A DNA stretch of 64,000 bases from Sphyrna mokarran (lineage: Eukaryota), in contig JAGIQG010000014.1 in NCBI GenBank assembly GCA_024679065.1, positions 32,550,001-32,614,000 of the forward strand, written 5' to 3'. Below are positions 63,042-64,000 of this stretch, piece after piece. A program made the position numbers and the translations under genes. Positions within the stretch are counted from its first letter, which is position 1; each line of letters begins with the position of its first letter. Under the pieces are notes generated by a model. It made no database searches. It was not told where the DNA came from and saw only the letters and a list, made by a program, of their open reading frames with translations.

Positions 63042-64000
63042 CTATAAAATAAATAGATACCTAAAGCATTAGCAGAATAGTTTATTAAAAATACTTTTAT
63101 CTGTACAGGTTTATTTACAGCAATCAAGCAATTGTGCTACTAGCTGGTATGAATTATGATACTTGTTGTTCCTCATTCTTGTTCCCCTGATAATTAAAAT
63201 TCCTATTCTGATTTTTAAAATAACCTCCCATATTAAAAACATCATTTTGCACCACTCCAAATTGTTAACCATAACAATTATTAATTTTGTAATGTTTGGA
63301 ACTTAAAGTATGTTATAGAATCAAATTGATTTATGTTTCATTGGAAACTGCCAGGTTAACATTTACAGCTTTCTTAAAAACAAAAGTGAAAAATCTTGAG
63401 ATTAAAAGCAGGTACTGGGATCAGCATTCAGCCAGTCTACAAATATTGTTACAGAAATCTGGTTTGAAAAGTTGCAGAGTTTTTTTCTCCCCAGTTATCA
63501 AGTACAGTATGTCTTGATTTATTAATTCATTTCATAATAAAGTTAAATTCACAGCATACAGTTGCCTTAAAATGAGATAGTTGGGAAGAAGGCAGGAAAG
63601 GAAATAAATAAAAGTGGTGGAAAGATGTAGAATACGTTGCAATGTTATATCACTCATTATGTTGTGCGCTGTGGTGAGGGAGAATAGATTTCATTTCATT
63701 CTTCCACAGCAACTCTCGATGTTGCATGTTGCTTTTTCTGGCAACAGAGGTATTTAGTTTGCTTTGTGCAAATATGAATCCTGTTGTAACTAACTGTCTA
63801 GGAGAATTTGAGGAAGTGAAAAGGAATGTGGAATGAATCCCACTTTCGCATAGTCCATGCCAGGATCAATGACAGAGGGGAAAAAGAAGGCGTTTCTACA
63901 AAAAAATTTGAAAAAAAAAGGGCTTCATGTATAACATTTTCAGGATTGCTAACTGAGCTACATGTTAAATGGTTCTAAGTATAGGCAAATCTTGATGGTA

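Overview
Vertebrate genomic DNA, almost certainly from a shark or other cartilaginous fish (HE1/V-SINE-type tRNA SINEs, abundant CR1 LINEs, a DeuSINE, Penelope-like minis). One host gene lies on the minus strand: CREBRF (CREB3 regulatory factor/Luman recruiting factor). Seven coding exons were reconstructed by hand with GT-AG ends and compatible phases (63041-62916, 62232-61173, 52652-52455, 35913-35724, 24297-24224, 22092-21970, 13268-13153; 1887 nt, 628 aa plus stop). The first coding exon (MPQ in human) lies outside the window. A repeat-free ~5.5 kb 3'UTR follows. The introns hold nested retroelements (old and young CR1, Rex1/Babar-like, L2, Gypsy remnants, SINEs, Penelope-derived minis). 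Main oddities: (1) a ~1.56 kb CpG-rich foreign block with a 200-bp direct repeat and terminal hairpin that splits a CR1 copy; (2) a ~2.8 kb unclassifiable, ORF-less block; (3) young inverted CR1 copies flanking a 387-nt, phase-symmetric, stop-free bZIP exon cassette; (4) a 98-bp mini-element with a hammerhead-like core and an 11-bp TSD. No prokaryotic system, CRISPR array, rRNA or true tRNA gene is supported. Repeat boundaries are approximate and family names come from recalled motifs, not database searches.
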